DNA from: Bugula neritina
Taxonomy: Eukaryota; Animalia; Bryozoa
Assembly (NCBI GenBank): GCA_964035545.1
Contig: OZ037769.1
Coordinates: forward strand, 13,174,633 to 13,238,632
Reading direction: 5' to 3'
Length of the DNA stretch: 64,000 bases
The notes beneath the pieces are model-generated. The model was not told the DNA's origin and ran no database searches. It worked only from the letters and a program-made list of their open reading frames with translations. Made by a program: the position numbers and the translations under genes. Positions 40,693-54,876 of this stretch are shown here, piece after piece. Each line of letters starts with the position of its first letter. Within the stretch, counting starts at the first letter, position 1.

Positions 40693-41303
40693 GTTACATT
40701 ATGCATTAAAGAATTTTGCTACATTTGTTTTAAAGGGCTGTGAATAATTTACATAGTTTCAAGCTTTGGCTAAAAGTTGCTATCTTTAAAAATAAAATAT
40801 CATAAAAAAAGGCAAAGCCCAGATGTCGCAAAATTCTGTTTAATATAAAATATACTGCTTAGTCTGTCACGCATTCTTGCATTTAACAATCCATTAAAAT
40901 ATTTTTATTACATGCTTTACAGTAGATCTAATAATTTTAATTAAAAACTATAATTATGTTGTCAAGTTTTGCATTTGCCTGCTAGTCCCTATGAAATTTT
41001 TGAGATAGTGTAATATTCTACTTGGTGCTGCTTGTGACTTATAACCATGAATCTTTGTACTTTTATGTCATCCAAATATGAATCTCAAATAAAAGAACAG
41101 TATCATAGCATTTTTCGGCCCAGGATCAGCCAAGCCATGCTGTTAAACTGCCAAATTTTAATAAGTGTAAATACCTGCAGCAGCATGAGAAATTGAGAGG
41201 CTTTAAATTAAGCAGTTCACTTAAAACCAAATAATAGCGTAACGTTATGAACTCAAGCTAAGCATAGCGCTCTCACTGCTGTACTTGGCAGATTCTGCTA
41301 AGC

Positions 41304-41460
41304 GAAGGGTTCTATAAGCAGCTTCGAGTTGGTAGTGAATGAGTGCATTAGTTAGAGAGGTTTCGAGTTTGGAGTTGGGGACATAACTCCGAGAGTCAGA
41401 CGTCCCCCCAAACTACTGCTTTTATTGACCACCAACTCGGAGCTGCTTATAGAACCATTT
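41304..41460. mobile_element. Small MITE, family A, with a perfect 9-bp TSD (Mutator-like)
   Basis: TIR ggttctataagcagcttcgagttggt / accaactcggagctgcttatagaacc; CTGCTAAGC at 41295-41303 and 41461-41469. Confidence 0.85.
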
Positions 41461-42329
41461 CTGCTAAGCACCTCCTTTCAAATAAAGTTTCCATTTTAAA
41501 AGTGGCTTTCATTTCAAATAGAGCTTTCATTTGAATAGGTTGTGAAACTTGGGGTTTCATTTAGCTGAGGTTAGATAAATAGAAACTTTTGTAGGGCATG
41601 TGATAGTTCACTAACTCTGTTTCTGTCCAAAAGAACAATTCTATAGCATAGTTTTGCATTTATGTAGCAGTTAAACTCTAGGCTTTTTTTTCTTTTTTAA
41701 TAACAAGGTTAAAGGTTGGCACTGCAAGGGGAACACGACTCTGCATTGTAAATTTTATAGCATCAAGGAAGTTGGAAGGCCGGTCTATTACGTGAAATTC
41801 CTCAAATAATGTGCCAATATGCATATTGCAAACAGGTGCAACCTTAGTTGAGGTGGCTTTTTATTAGATTTAGTTAAACTTCAGGCTAAATTGTGACAAG
41901 CAGGCAACACACATACCACCCACAGATCAGTAACACAAGTATCAAAGAACTGAAACTGCATTGTGAGATAAATTTATGTTTAATCCACTGAACTGGAACT
42001 ATACTATTATTTGTAGAACTTTCAGTGGTTTAATCAGCGTGATCATCAACGTAAACTTTGAGCCTGTGATGTTCCGTGAACTGGAACTGAAAAAATTATT
42101 TCTAGTTCCGTGTTGATGTTCGTCCTGTGAAATCAAAAACCAATGCAAGCAATCCTCTACTTTCATGGGAGGCAGATTGTACTAACTACTTTTTAAAGAA
42201 GCATCTAATTACTAGTATAATTATTTACTACTTAAGCAAGAAAAAATAACTATTTTTCAAAAGGTCGTCTTTTTTAATTTCTCTTCTAGTTCTCAAATCT
42301 TGAGATAAATTTAAAGCAGAAAGAAGCAA

Positions 42330-45300
42330 ATGGTACTGTGTCTGCCTATTGCTGTGCTGCTATCGTTTTTGCTGTGTGCTCACTCACATGCAGGTAAGAA
42401 TTCTTTCTTAGCATGACTTAAAGGAAAACATTCTAGGCATGAATCTCAGGTAAATTAAAAGTACTATAATAAAGAGATCAAGAGTCTAAAGGTGTGTTCA
42501 TGCTGTAGTGTTGAGATTCCCCAGTAGCCCTTGTAGTGTAATGGTTAGCAAAGTGGCTTGAAAGCGTAGGGCCACATGACTCGGATTTTCTGTATGAGGA
42601 TACAAATTTTTAAAAAGCCGTTGCGGGAACGACCAGCCACATACAATACGTTTGTTGTGGGTGCGGAAATTTATTAGCTAATGATCTTAGCATTCAACTT
42701 TACTGATCACTTACAGTTGCTTGTTTTTAAATCTACATCATCGGCAAAGCGACTTTAGATATTATAAAAGCGTAAAATGCAATTTATAGGAAACTTTTTT
42801 AATTCAGTTCGTTAAAAATTAAAACTTGAATTGAAATTCAAAAAAGTGTGCTTGTTAATGGAAACCGGCCAGTTAGATCAAACTCGGACGAAACTTCTGT
42901 ACCCTTTGCTCACCATGTTATCCGCAAAAAAACTAGCACACAACAGTCCATTTTTGGGCTAGACGGGTTTACCCGCATGTTGGCCGTGTCGTGTGGCCCA
43001 ACGCTAGTTGGAGGTCTTCAGTTTGACTCCTAGTACAGGAAGTTATGCTATATTCGGACATAATAAACATTTCAATAGTCCAAGGCGTGTCAGTCTCAAG
43101 CCTTTTGTTATCCCATTCATTCACTAACACAGTAGTACTAGTAGTACTAGTAGTATATAGTCGATTAACAACACTGTTTTACTAATTCAGTGATGAACAT
43201 TTTGTGTGATGTTTTGTCATCATGGGCCCTAAGTTATTGAAAAACAAAAATTTTGACTGGTGGCTTTTACAACGCAGTACAACTCATGAAATTTCAACTA
43301 GCACAAATAGAAGTTTTGACAGAAAGCGATAAAGAAGGAAACGAAATCCCTTCTCCAATGAGTAAGTTAAAGGGCAGCGCTTCTAATAGAGCTTTTGTTT
43401 GACTACTATTTTAAATGGTATTGCATATAAAGCTGTCTATGCTGAGGTTATGTTCACAAAAATTTAAATAGCAATAGTGCAGCAGATAGTAAAAACTAAC
43501 AACTGATTATTGAAATCATTACATATTATGTACGCAGATTGTGAAAAGGGATTTCTTAATCCAGAAGGAAACTTCACTTCACCAAACTTTCCTAGCAACT
43601 ACCCAGACAATGCAGACTGTACTTGGACAATTACCACGCTGTCTGGATATGTGAATCTGACAATTTTTGTCATTATTCATAATATAGAACCCAGTTACAC
43701 TTGCGAATATGACTATTTAGAGGTATGTGTGCAAGCAATGGGAACGAAGTGCACATGATGATTAATGATATTATTCTGTCTGAGATATTTGTGCATTAGT
43801 GTATGGCCTCATGCAGTTGGTTTATTGAAAGCAGATAATAAAGTTGTATGTCTAAAATCTAAATGTTGCAGTATACATTTCAATAATTCTTAACAATAAA
43901 TTAAATTTAGAACTTTTTGGCTCATATAGTCACAGAATCATGTTCTACTTTAATGATCAATGAGTCAATTACATTTCTTAATTGTATGGTATAGACATAC
44001 CCAGTACTGTTGACTTAATGAGCTTTTATATATTTGAAAGGTTATAATTCATTGAATGTGTTATTTTTTCAGTTTAATTTAAAGCAATTTATTTGCAATA
44101 TGGTAGAAGTAATTAAGTTAATGGCTAGCAAAAATATATTTTGTGAAATGAAGAGCGGCACTCTTTGGCAACTAAAAATGTAGTTTCTCTTGTTTCGTCA
44201 AAATAAAACTTGCATAGTCAACTTTAGATATTCTACTGTGAATAAAGTTCATGATTTACTGATATGTTTAACGGTACACAAAACTCAAGAGTGACACATT
44301 TTACCAGCACTTGGTTATATAAACCCGAACTGCAGGACAAAGCAGAGCCAGGTAAGGATAGGTGAGGATATACACTTCTCATTCAACCAGCTGTTCTGTT
44401 ATTTTTTCCTGCAGATAACTGACAGACTCACAGGTTCTGAACTGGATACATTCTGCTCCAGCAACGAACTTAAGCAACTAAAACCATATTCTAACTCAGT
44501 TAGTGTAAGATTTGTCACCAACAACGATAAAACAGCAAAGGGGTGGGAAATAATCTGGACAAGTAAGTTCTTAATATACATTTGCTAGCGCAAGTTAAAT
44601 GATCAAGTAACCCTTCATAGTTCAACACATTGTGTTTTAGGGATTCAGACTCTGTATTAGGTTAACCTTACAAACTAGGAAAGTACTTTATATAAACTAA
44701 TATTCTAATAATTGAAAGGTACACTTTCAAAATTCAGGTTTATATTATTAGGATCAGGGCTTACAAATCTAAAACTTAGTTTCCCTTGGTATACATATTT
44801 ATATATTATTCTTCATTCTATATTATTCTATATATTATTACTTTTTCTTTTTCTGCTAGTGAAACAACTCCATACACAATTTCCCTAAGTGATAATTATA
44901 TGCCTACATAATATACGCAAAAAGATATCATTATTAGTAGATGCATATTATAATATAAGGAATTATTAGCTAAATTTGCAAGATATATAATCCCTTTCAC
45001 ATTGCATCTGTATTATAGGCAGTAAAGTAGATGATATACCTAAAAGACGCACTGTTCAATGGCCTAATAACACGAAAACCTCTTTAGATGATTACCAAAT
45101 GCTTAATATTGTTGGTAAGCGGCACATCCTTTTATTTCTTTCGTTTTTATGCAGACTTTCTCAAGTTATATACTTTTGATAATATTTAAAGCATTTAGCT
45201 GTTTAAAAGCAGTGTTTAATTATTATAGGTTTTAACAAAATTAATTGCGTTTGTTATAGATTTTATTCCTTATCAAAACACTATCTTAAACCAAATGCTG

Positions 45301-46575
45301 CCTATTTTCAATTTTTGTTGTAAAAGCAGGCTGCTGTGGTAAAATGAACAATTACAGCAAGCAATTCTCACTTTCTGGTTCAAAGAAAAAGCCATTTATT
45401 GGTCATTATTTGATTAGCCATGCAGTGCCATTTAATGGGCTTCTTAGCCAATGCACTCACACAGCTAATGAATATTATATTGGTTTATATTTTATGTTTG
45501 CTACAGTCTTTTAATATAAGTCTTTGTTTCTGGTAGATCTCTTAAGTTCTAGAACCTTTCCCGGCTTTGGGGTTTCCTTGCTGACAGATGGAAACTTGGG
45601 TGTTGGAGGTTTTAGTGAAGGATATTACTTTTGTTCTAACCAGGTATGAGTTTGTGCATGCCCGTGAACACATTAAGGGATAATAATCTTGTTGAAACTT
45701 TGTACTGAAAAAAATTATAACAAGAGGACAAATTAGCTAAATCAATTTATAACATTTTTTATTCGATTACTGTTATACAGGAACCAGAACGATACGTCTT
45801 AGCAGACATTGGGGATAACCATCAAATTATTGCCATCAAGATACACTATCGACTTTCACACCGTAAGTAAAATGTATAACAGCAATCATCTTTGTTATTG
45901 TTGACTGAACAATTTGATTTCTATACTGTAAGGTTAACATAGCAGGACCTGTATATCATATCAGTGGTATCTCTACTGATAATTTCTATTGTATTATTGG
46001 TGATGAATATCAACTGCAATAAGTGAAAAGAGTTTTAAAATTACAATAATGGTACTGGTGCATATTATGTTCTTATTGAAAAGTTTATTCAACTACTTTA
46101 ATATAGCAGTTTGAGCAGTTAGAACAAAAATGTGTACTATATACTTTTTTTATGATGGATGCATGAAAAGCTTGCATCAAACTGTGCGAATTATCAAAAA
46201 TGAAGTAGCTCTAAATATTGTTTTCAGCTGAGTTGGTGCAAAACCTAAAAATATCTGTTGGAAAGAAACTGCAAGATTTAGAGCTGGATAACTCCTTCTG
46301 TGCATACAGAGAAGGGAATCCTAAAGGGAATACTACCCTGGAAGTGCTGTACTGTGAAAGTACTATGATTGGGCGATATATTAAAGTTGCAATGCTGGAT
46401 GCTTCCGCTGGACAATCTTTCTGTTTTTGTGAATTGCAAATATTTGGGTCGAATCAAACAGGTAAGGCGATAATACAATATTCTAGATTTTTTCTCTACC
46501 TGCACTGCCACAACTTGGAGGCAAAACTTTATAATCATTTAGGTGTAAATTTTCTAAATTTGGTAGCAGTTTATA

Positions 46576-46613
<38 letters not shown>

Positions 46614-49600
46614 CATTAACAGTATGAAAACATTTTGATTTAATACTAAGATTGCAACTTGCAGCTGAAGTACTGGCTTTAGAGCCCAACAAGTTTGAAT
46701 TTACAAACTAAATTGTATTTTCCTTGTGGATATTGTAACTTGCAACTAAAAGTATTACGTAATATAACATAACTTTTATGACTATACATAACTATCACTT
46801 TACATAGTTCTAAATTCATGTACTAAGATGAGTTGTGTTTCATTCAATTGTTAAAAATATAATCTGAAAAGTATGCCCATTTTATATACTTCTGAGCATC
46901 ATTCAATGCTATTGCAGATACTACCCCTTGTTTTTCGTTGCTTGTGGTTGCAATAACTGCCACATGCTTGGTGATATTAGCGATTATGGGAACCATATTT
47001 GTGATCCTACTGGTACGAAAATATTGTGCTAGAAGACCTCATTTAAGGTAAAATTGACATCAGAAAAGCAACTGAAAGGCTGGTTTTAAAGTGAAAAGTG
47101 ATTTTTAAATACTGTATGTATATATATATGTATTTGAGGAGAACCAAACTACAAGCTTCAAACCGCTTCTTAGATAACTTGAGCTAAAATTCAAATTCAT
47201 AAAGTTCTTCCTATAGGCATTGGCATATAAAAAGCTGAACTACAATTATAGCTATAAGGTGATGGCATCAATGATAGAAGAAACATTCTATTTGTTAAAG
47301 ACTTATATTTCACTTGCAGAGCACATATATTTATACTACTATATGAGACTATGCAATATGCCAGTTGTAGAAGGCTGCATAAAATTGTGTTAATTAGGTG
47401 CAAGCAAAATTTTTCATCTCACATAATTGTTGATCTTGTCTTTTGGAAACAGGTTCCAAACAGCTTTTTTATTAAAAGACAGAAAGTGTTGCATTTTAAA
47501 TGCATTTTTGAATAGAAAAAACTGAGATAATGTTAATGAATTCTATAATTAAAGTGAACTACATCAAGTAGTTTCTATATCTTGCCTATAATATAGATGT
47601 ATAGAGATTTGTGCAAAACTTCCGGTATGTTGCTAAGACACTGGACAATCTGAACTACCAAAATTTTTGAAGGACTGAAAATTATTTAGATAGCAAAAAT
47701 GCAACATTTCTTTCCATATTAGTTATAAAATAGTTTTGGATTATCACTTCAAGTAAAAACGTTGAAAAAAAACTATGCTCTAAGCTGTTTTATACAAATT
47801 TCTGTAAAGTTTAAAATATAATTTATTTGTTACAGATTTTTTACAGTGCAATACATATATAATGCAGCCTTTTTATCTTCATAATACGAAAAATTAAATT
47901 AAATTATGTAACTGTTGCTGTTGTCTTTTAGACTTTACCACGTATTCACACTTTGCCGTATCGTACGCGGTAACGTAAAATGTCAGCCATTTTTACAAAT
48001 GTTCGTGAGCTTCCTGTGCAGCGTCGTGGTACGTTAGGATCAAGCACTGCTTAATTTAAAAAGTTGCTTTGAGCTCCTACTGAACAGGAAGATGTTTGAG
48101 TCAGTTTATTGTATATAAATGTCCAATGAGATGTCATAAATCTTACCCAATAGCAGAATTTGAGAACTTCAGCCCGGACGTATTGAAACTGGCTCTCCAT
48201 TTTACGTTATGGTGTACGGTGCGCAAAGTGTGAATACGGGTTAGAGTTTAGTCACATAAGCATTTACCTACCTTCAATCACATCATTGATTGTGAATAAC
48301 ACTTGCACGCAATGCAGGTACTTAAACACTCTAAAGTTTGGTATCAAACATTGTAGATCTGCAAGCTGCAAGGCACAAAGTACTGAAGAGTTTGAAATGA
48401 TGGTGAGATTGAGAAATACTGAACTTGAGGGTAGACATCAGGGTAGTCATTCCATCCAACGTAAGAAGCATTCTTTTTTTCTGTCAGTACATGTTTAAAA
48501 AACTTAAAAGTCAGTTCGCAAGTTCACAATTCTTTCATGATAAGTAAGTTTTTATAAATAGTACACTGATATATTAAATGAATACATCAAGTATAAAATG
48601 TTTTATAGAAGAATCAGAAGCAGATGCACAAGAACAAGGTAATTCAACTGTTCTACATCAGATTGTCACAAAACTATGGTAGCAGTGTGACGAGTTCGAG
48701 AAGTCTGGTAGTCAGAAGTGTATAGACAAGTAGCATACAGCTTGCTAATCCAGTTGAGAGCAAATAGAGTTGTGAATATAAGTGGACTTTATTTCTCCAA
48801 CAAGATATACACAGATCAACTTATGAAAATGAACTGACTTGTAAACACAACTGCCTCAGCATTTATAGTAAACAGAAAAACTCTAGAACATTCCCAAGCT
48901 TTTCAGTATAGAAAATTTTAGTAAAAAGGATTCCCCACATGCCAATACTATTCAGATAGAAAATCAAAACTAAACAAAACACCTTGTTTACATTGCTGGG
49001 CAGTAGTTAACATGACTAATGAATACAATAACATAATGAACAATGACCATCTCTTTTATCAGTCTAGAATATTCATGAACATTCTTTTGCTACCATTGGG
49101 GAAAAACCGTCAAGTCCATAGGTACATGTACAGTCAGAACTTGTGACACAGATACTATAGTGCTGGCCAAGCTAATGCATTAATCATACTTATACTTATT
49201 AGAAATATGTATTGGGTTACAAAGTTGATTAAAAACTTGCAGCTGTCTTTATCTAACTAGAATTTATGCAATATGGTGCTTGTTGACTTACTACAAACTT
49301 TTACCTATACGGTATGTATGTTTTAAAGCTGCTAATATGTAAAAGCATATTAAGCTGCAGGTACTTTGCTATAGGCTATCTGCTATAAGCTTAATATTTT
49401 ACCACTCCATCTACAAATGAAAATTAATTATTCATTTTTACTAGATGATGGATGCTATATTAGATAGATGAGCTGAGCTATTTGTGAATAAGCAAAAAGC
49501 AGAACATAATAATATTATAGTAACCACACTTGTAAATTTTTTAGGTATTTTGCCAATACCGAATTGGAATCATAGTGATAGTAGTTCATCCGACGACAAT

Positions 49601-52016
49601 CACCACACGATTCCAGGTATTTTTAATTGTATTTTAAGCTGCTTGTGTGTAAATGAAACATTAGGATACAATTACCCATACAGCAGTTTGCATACGCCTG
49701 CATTGCGCATGTTATTTTATTATTTATTATTATTTGGTTACCAGCTTATATACCCACCTGTGATGTCATCACTAAATAGTTCTGCTGCAGCTGTAAACGA
49801 AAGCTAATAAAATTTAGTTTGGCAAAATCTGAAGCTTTCAAACTGGTGTCATCAGCTGCAGCATGTTAAGTTAAGTTAAGACTCCTGGACTAAAGGCATG
49901 CTATTCTCCCAGTTTGAGTAATGAAGTGTATTTTTTTTTGGTTTTTGCTCTTTATAACGCCTAAGTTTTTTTCTTTTCACAGCAACATTTGATTCGCGGT
50001 CTTTACCTATATCGGGTGCAACAAGACACTTTTATGGTAAGAATTTATTGTTTACTTCAATTTATCAGGATCTTCTATTATGGTATTTTATTATATAAAG
50101 TGTTACCGGATAATGAGTCAGGAAGGAAGGAATATGGTATAATAAAGATATGAATGCTCAAGTTGTTACTGAGAATATATTTAGTTGCATGTACTTTGCT
50201 ATGCTTATAGAAACTTATTTGATTTGCAAATAAAATTCAGTTACTTCTATTTCATTTATTGATCACTATATGTTTCCCAGCTTCTCAATATGCAAAATAA
50301 TAGACTTTTCATTTGATATGTTTAGAAGCAGCTGCATTTAATAAAACCACAACGAAAAGTTTCTGCAAACCGCAACTACAAATTCATCCATACCAGCAGC
50401 CATTCGCATAATGCGAAGCAATGGAAATGCAGTGATTGTATTTACAATATACACACTTGAGTTTTGCAATAGAGTTAGGTAACCACACGAGTCATATACT
50501 CATGCATGTTTTAGGTGCTCCGCTGACTAATGTTATTAATAACAAGCCAGAAGCATCTTGTAGCAACATTCCATGCAGGTATGTTTTAAACACTCTGATT
50601 ACCAACAAAATATGAAACTGATATAATATTTGCACAATGGTAATTTTTAATTTTAGTACAAATATGTACTCAGTGACATATTTAAGATGCTTTACTATCA
50701 TGATCAGTTGTTCTTTACATCTTGAATAATGACATATATATAATCTATTTTTCTGATATTTATGTCTGTCTTTTTTCTTTTTGCAGCAAAGAAAGAGTAA
50801 CATTTTTATTTGATCGGAATGTAATAGAGAATATTGATGGTAAGAGTTCCATTATTTATCAAGATCTTTATATGCTGACCTTTTATTTGAAATATCACAA
50901 GGTTAAAAGGTGACAAGTTGGGAAAGAATAATATATGAAGATTATGTTAAAATGATTTGCAATTGAAAACTATGTCTATTACATGACTGCTTGCAATCCA
51001 TAAAAATATGTTCAGAATAAAGTGAAAACTTTTATATGATATAGAGTATGGCTATACATAATTTACATTTCATCAGAAAAAACATATGTATAGTTTGTTT
51101 TCACAAGATATATCAAAGACAGATATCGTATTATTGTGCGGATTAAATCAGTTATATTTAACATTGGGAATACGGCAATGATGAAGTTATAGGCCATGCT
51201 TTTAAGATATATAGTCTCACAGTGCTAACTTTTTAACCATAAGCATGTTCATAAGGAATTTTTCCCCAATTCAATCCAAGAATCAAATTTTGGCTGCTGA
51301 GAAGTCTACAGAATCGCCCAGCATTGTCCTCCAAATTAAAAAGAAGTTAATTATTTTGGAAGTGATTAAAAATATTTTACTACTTCTATTTAATTTAAAT
51401 TATATTATCATTTTATATGGTTTGTTCAAATAATAGATTGGTTACAATAAAAAATACAATTACATAGAAAAAAAATTCACCGCATACTCAGATATTGCAA
51501 AATATACATATAAGTGGAAATTGTATAGCTGATCTTTAGGGAGGTATGGCCAAGAGAATTTTGCCTATATAATTGGAAAAGGATGGTTTAATAAAGCTCT
51601 CACATTTTTGCATAATTCCCTTTCACAGTTGTGTGAGTTTTGTCTAGTGTGTTAGTATTTTAACTTGATGGCTGTACATGATTCAGCAAACAAAAGCTAC
51701 CAGTAAAAAGCTATTGCAAAAGCTTTCACAAATAGCTTTCCTCAAACAATATTTTACTAAAAGCTAAAAAAAGCTCTTGCAACAATAAATCAGTTTTTAT
51801 ATATAAATAATTGGTTTTTGTCTATATAAACAAAGTTAGATGTCTAATCGGTAAATTCCCAAATTTTATTTCCTAATCCTCGAATTGAAATAATGGAGTA
51901 TAAAAAAATTTCTGTAAAATATAGAAAAATTACATTAAACTGATAAAAACTGTTTAATTTTATTTGAAGATACTCAGAGTACAGACCATTCAACTGAAAT
52001 GCAGAGTCTCTGTTGA
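42330..52016 (+). CDS. Type I membrane protein: signal peptide, CUB, F-type-lectin/galactose-binding-like domain, TM, cytoplasmic tail (~479 aa)
   Basis: Phase-compatible GT-AG exons: 42330-42393 (MVLCLPIAVLLSFLLCAHSHA); 43538-43722 and 44415-44562 (CUB: GNFTSPNFPSNYPDNADCTWTI...CEYDYLE...FC...NSVSVRFVT...KGW); 45019-45114; 45537-45643, 45781-45862 and 46228-46461 (LTDGN...GRYIKV...FCELQIFG); 46918-47047 (TM then RKYC). The tail exons are less certain: 48357-48430, 48609-48638, 49545-49616, 49983-50036, 50515-50578, 50787-50839, 51970-52016. Confidence 0.75.
42521..43045 (+). mobile_element. Family 1 tRNA-like repeat split by a nested MITE
   Basis: The 5' half (cccttgtagtgtaatggttagcaaagtggcttgaa) ends at 42563 and the 3' half (tagttggaggtcttcagtttgactcc) resumes at 43005. 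Confidence 0.55.
42564..43004. mobile_element. MITE family B, second copy
   Basis: TIRs gcgtagggccacatgac / gtcgtgtggcccaacgc; internal sequence colinear with 18647-19074. Confidence 0.85.
47932..48247. mobile_element. MITE family C
   Basis: ~60-bp imperfect TIRs: cgtattcacactttgc...taacgtaaaatg / cattttacgtta...gcaaagtgtgaatacg. Confidence 0.75.
48664..49148 (-). mobile_element. Solo LTR (485 bp) with a perfect 5-bp TSD
   Basis: TGTCACA...TGTGACA termini; CAGAT at 48659-48663 and 49149-49153; minus-strand TATAAA (~48865) upstream of AATAAA (~48790). Confidence 0.85.
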
Positions 52017-52859
52017 TGTAATATACAAATGTTAGAGTTAAAGAAGTAAAAGAAATGGAAGAATTTTCATCAGAGTTATCATCACATGAAACTCATATTA
52101 CTGTTGAATAAGTTAATAATTTACTCAATATTTTTATGGGTTTAATATTTATTTTAGAGCAATAAAAGAATAACTTCTAAGAAAGGACAATTTTTAAATT
52201 ACTTTAAAAGTTATTATGAAAGTGCAATGATACAATTTTACCTTAATTGCCATATATATGCCTAAATAAGTTTAGTTTGCGCAAGGACCATATATTATTA
52301 TAATAATGCTACAAGTTTGAAGTAAGCCTACATAAGCAAAACTAAGTGCTGCTTGTGTAGCAATACCTTAACAAATGACTTAAACAACAATTTTTTTTAA
52401 AGAATCGATGGACAATTTCTTGAAAGCAATTGCAATACTTTCCTGGCAATTATATTAAGTTGTTTCTACAGAATTAGAAAGTATGTTAATACCAGTAAAT
52501 GCCACAACTTTCAGACATAGCTTTGGTAAAATGAGTTATATCATGGAAAGATAACTTCTGAACTAATTTTTAAACTGCTGTAAATTTATGTGTTTTTACT
52601 TCTTTTTATTTTATGTATGTTTTTTTTACCCAATAAACTTGCTGAAGAATAAACTAAGGAATTTGAGATGGATTCTTTTAACAGACTTAATCAGTGACGA
52701 AATTTTTATAAATTTATAGATTATTATTTATATTCATGACTGCAGAACACATAAAACTCATTTCGGAAAGTGTTTGTGTACATTTTCTAATATTATACAG
52801 ATGATATAAGAAGTAAAAAATCGTAACATTGAAAATAATTGCGGTATATATATTATTTT

Positions 52860-53195
52860 GGGGTGTTCTTAACCTTTTCAGGGTGAGGGCCACTAAAAGT
52901 AAATATTCCGGTGGTGAGAGCCACATTGTAAGCTTTAGCTTATGGTGGGGGCCACAGCATAAGTGTTTTTAAGCTACTTTATTCTAAATTCTTATGAATA
53001 TTACAAAATAAAGTCTAAATTATAGGTAATGCAAGTTGCATGTTTTGTAGCAAGTGTATCATAAATAAGACATTTAAAAGGTGGTTTTTCACTCTAATTC
53101 ATGCTTATACTGTGAAAAATAATTTTAGTTTTATGCCTTTGAGGGCCACATAAATGTAGGCTGGGGGCCTTGGGGCTGCCTGTTGGACAGCCCTG
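52860..53195. mobile_element. Degenerate hAT-like MITE
   Basis: Left end gtgttcttaacctttt...gagggccac, internal gggccac repeats, right end gttggacagccctg; no TSD visible. Confidence 0.4.
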
Positions 53196-54876
53196 CTTTT
53201 GCGATATTAAAAATATAATTAAAATGTTGTATAGAAGTATTATACATAATAATATACAGAGTATAATATGCTTGTAATTGCACTAGATTGTTTAACAAAG
53301 CATTTTATTACTGACAGTGACCGATGTATTTGGATTGAATTTCATTTTCGATAAACTGAAACTTTAAAGATGGAGGACTTGTGTACCTGAGAATTATATC
53401 TCAACACTGTAACACCTGTTTGATATTGCTTCTTCTGACCACTTTTGTCTTTCTATATCCTATATTTGTTATACAGAACATGACTGATGATGCAAAGTGG
53501 TTGAAGGTTTAAATTGTAAAAGATCTATGCAATAGTTTTTCCAGAATAAATGCAGTGAAGACATGAAGGAAAAAGACTACATGTAGTTACAGTGTGTACC
53601 ATTAGTATAGGTACTAACAAAATCAGTACTAGTACTAACAGTAACAGTACTAGTACCTGGAGGAGTTACATTAGCCAGATAGTAGTAGTACTAGCAGTCA
53701 CAGTCAGTAGTCACAGTATTAACTATATTAGCGACTAGCCAGTGACTGAAAAATACAGAATATAATTTTATTCTAAAATACAAACCGGGCTAGCACAGTA
53801 AGGACCAAATAGAAAAATAAATATAATATTACCAAAATATTTTTACTTTGAAACTTTTCTATAGTCAGCATAACGTTGTGACAGGCAAACTTGACAGTAA
53901 GAAATGTGAATACATAGTAACTATGTTAGAACGTAATATACATCTGTAGTTTTAGGAATCGTGCTTTCTCTAAGCATATCACAGTCATCAGACAACTCCA
54001 AACTCTTTCAGCAGTACAGCATATCCATGAGATTCAAACATGGCATAGACATAGAAATATGTGATTAAAGTGCATCGAAATTCACTTATATGTCTATGAG
54101 CATATTTTAAAATATCTACCAATCAGCTTTCAGCATACACTAGATGAGAATTACTTAAAATGACAAAAAATACATGTAACTTTTGGCTAGATACATAAGG
54201 CAAAAGTGACTAAAGTATTTGAAACATGACTTACAAGTATGATATAAAGTAGAATACGTATATAGACCCAGTGACAAATAAACATTACAAAATAATAACA
54301 TTCACTTTGAGGAAGAAACATTTTACACAAGGGAGCTAAGGCTAAATGCTAAAGCTAAGGCCGAGCAGATTATATCGTCTACTAAACTAAGATATGAGTG
54401 AAGGGTACAGAGTTTCAGTGAAATCTTCTACAAAAATAGTAACTCCTTCCAATTAGATATACATAGAAGTATCTGGATATATAAATAGAGATTACCATAG
54501 ACACCTAACATTGCTTCTTTAGTAGACAAACACATAGCATACCATACAGATTAGATTAATATAAAGCGATTTAGAGCATAGAATAACTAAGTGCCATGAG
54601 AAAATAAATAGTATGTTACATCTCTACATTTGTATAGATACAGAAATAAGCAGTGGATACGCTGGATTCCAACTTCTCTATAAAAATATTTTTAATTGCA
54701 ATGAATATAAACATCTAGAAATCCTTTCAATATGAAAATACTACCATTCTTCTATGATCCATAATCTTTTTAAACTAGTTTTCCTATAATCCATGTAGTC
54801 AAATCAATCCAATAGAGCTTAAGAGTTGAATTTTGTTCGAAATGCATGAAGCCTTCTTGAAAGAATAACTCCAAAT

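Noticed and set aside
50326-50410. Extra exon of the CUB gene
   Set aside because: An acceptor is present but the donor is weak and the frame reaches a stop; it could be an alternative end but is unsupported.
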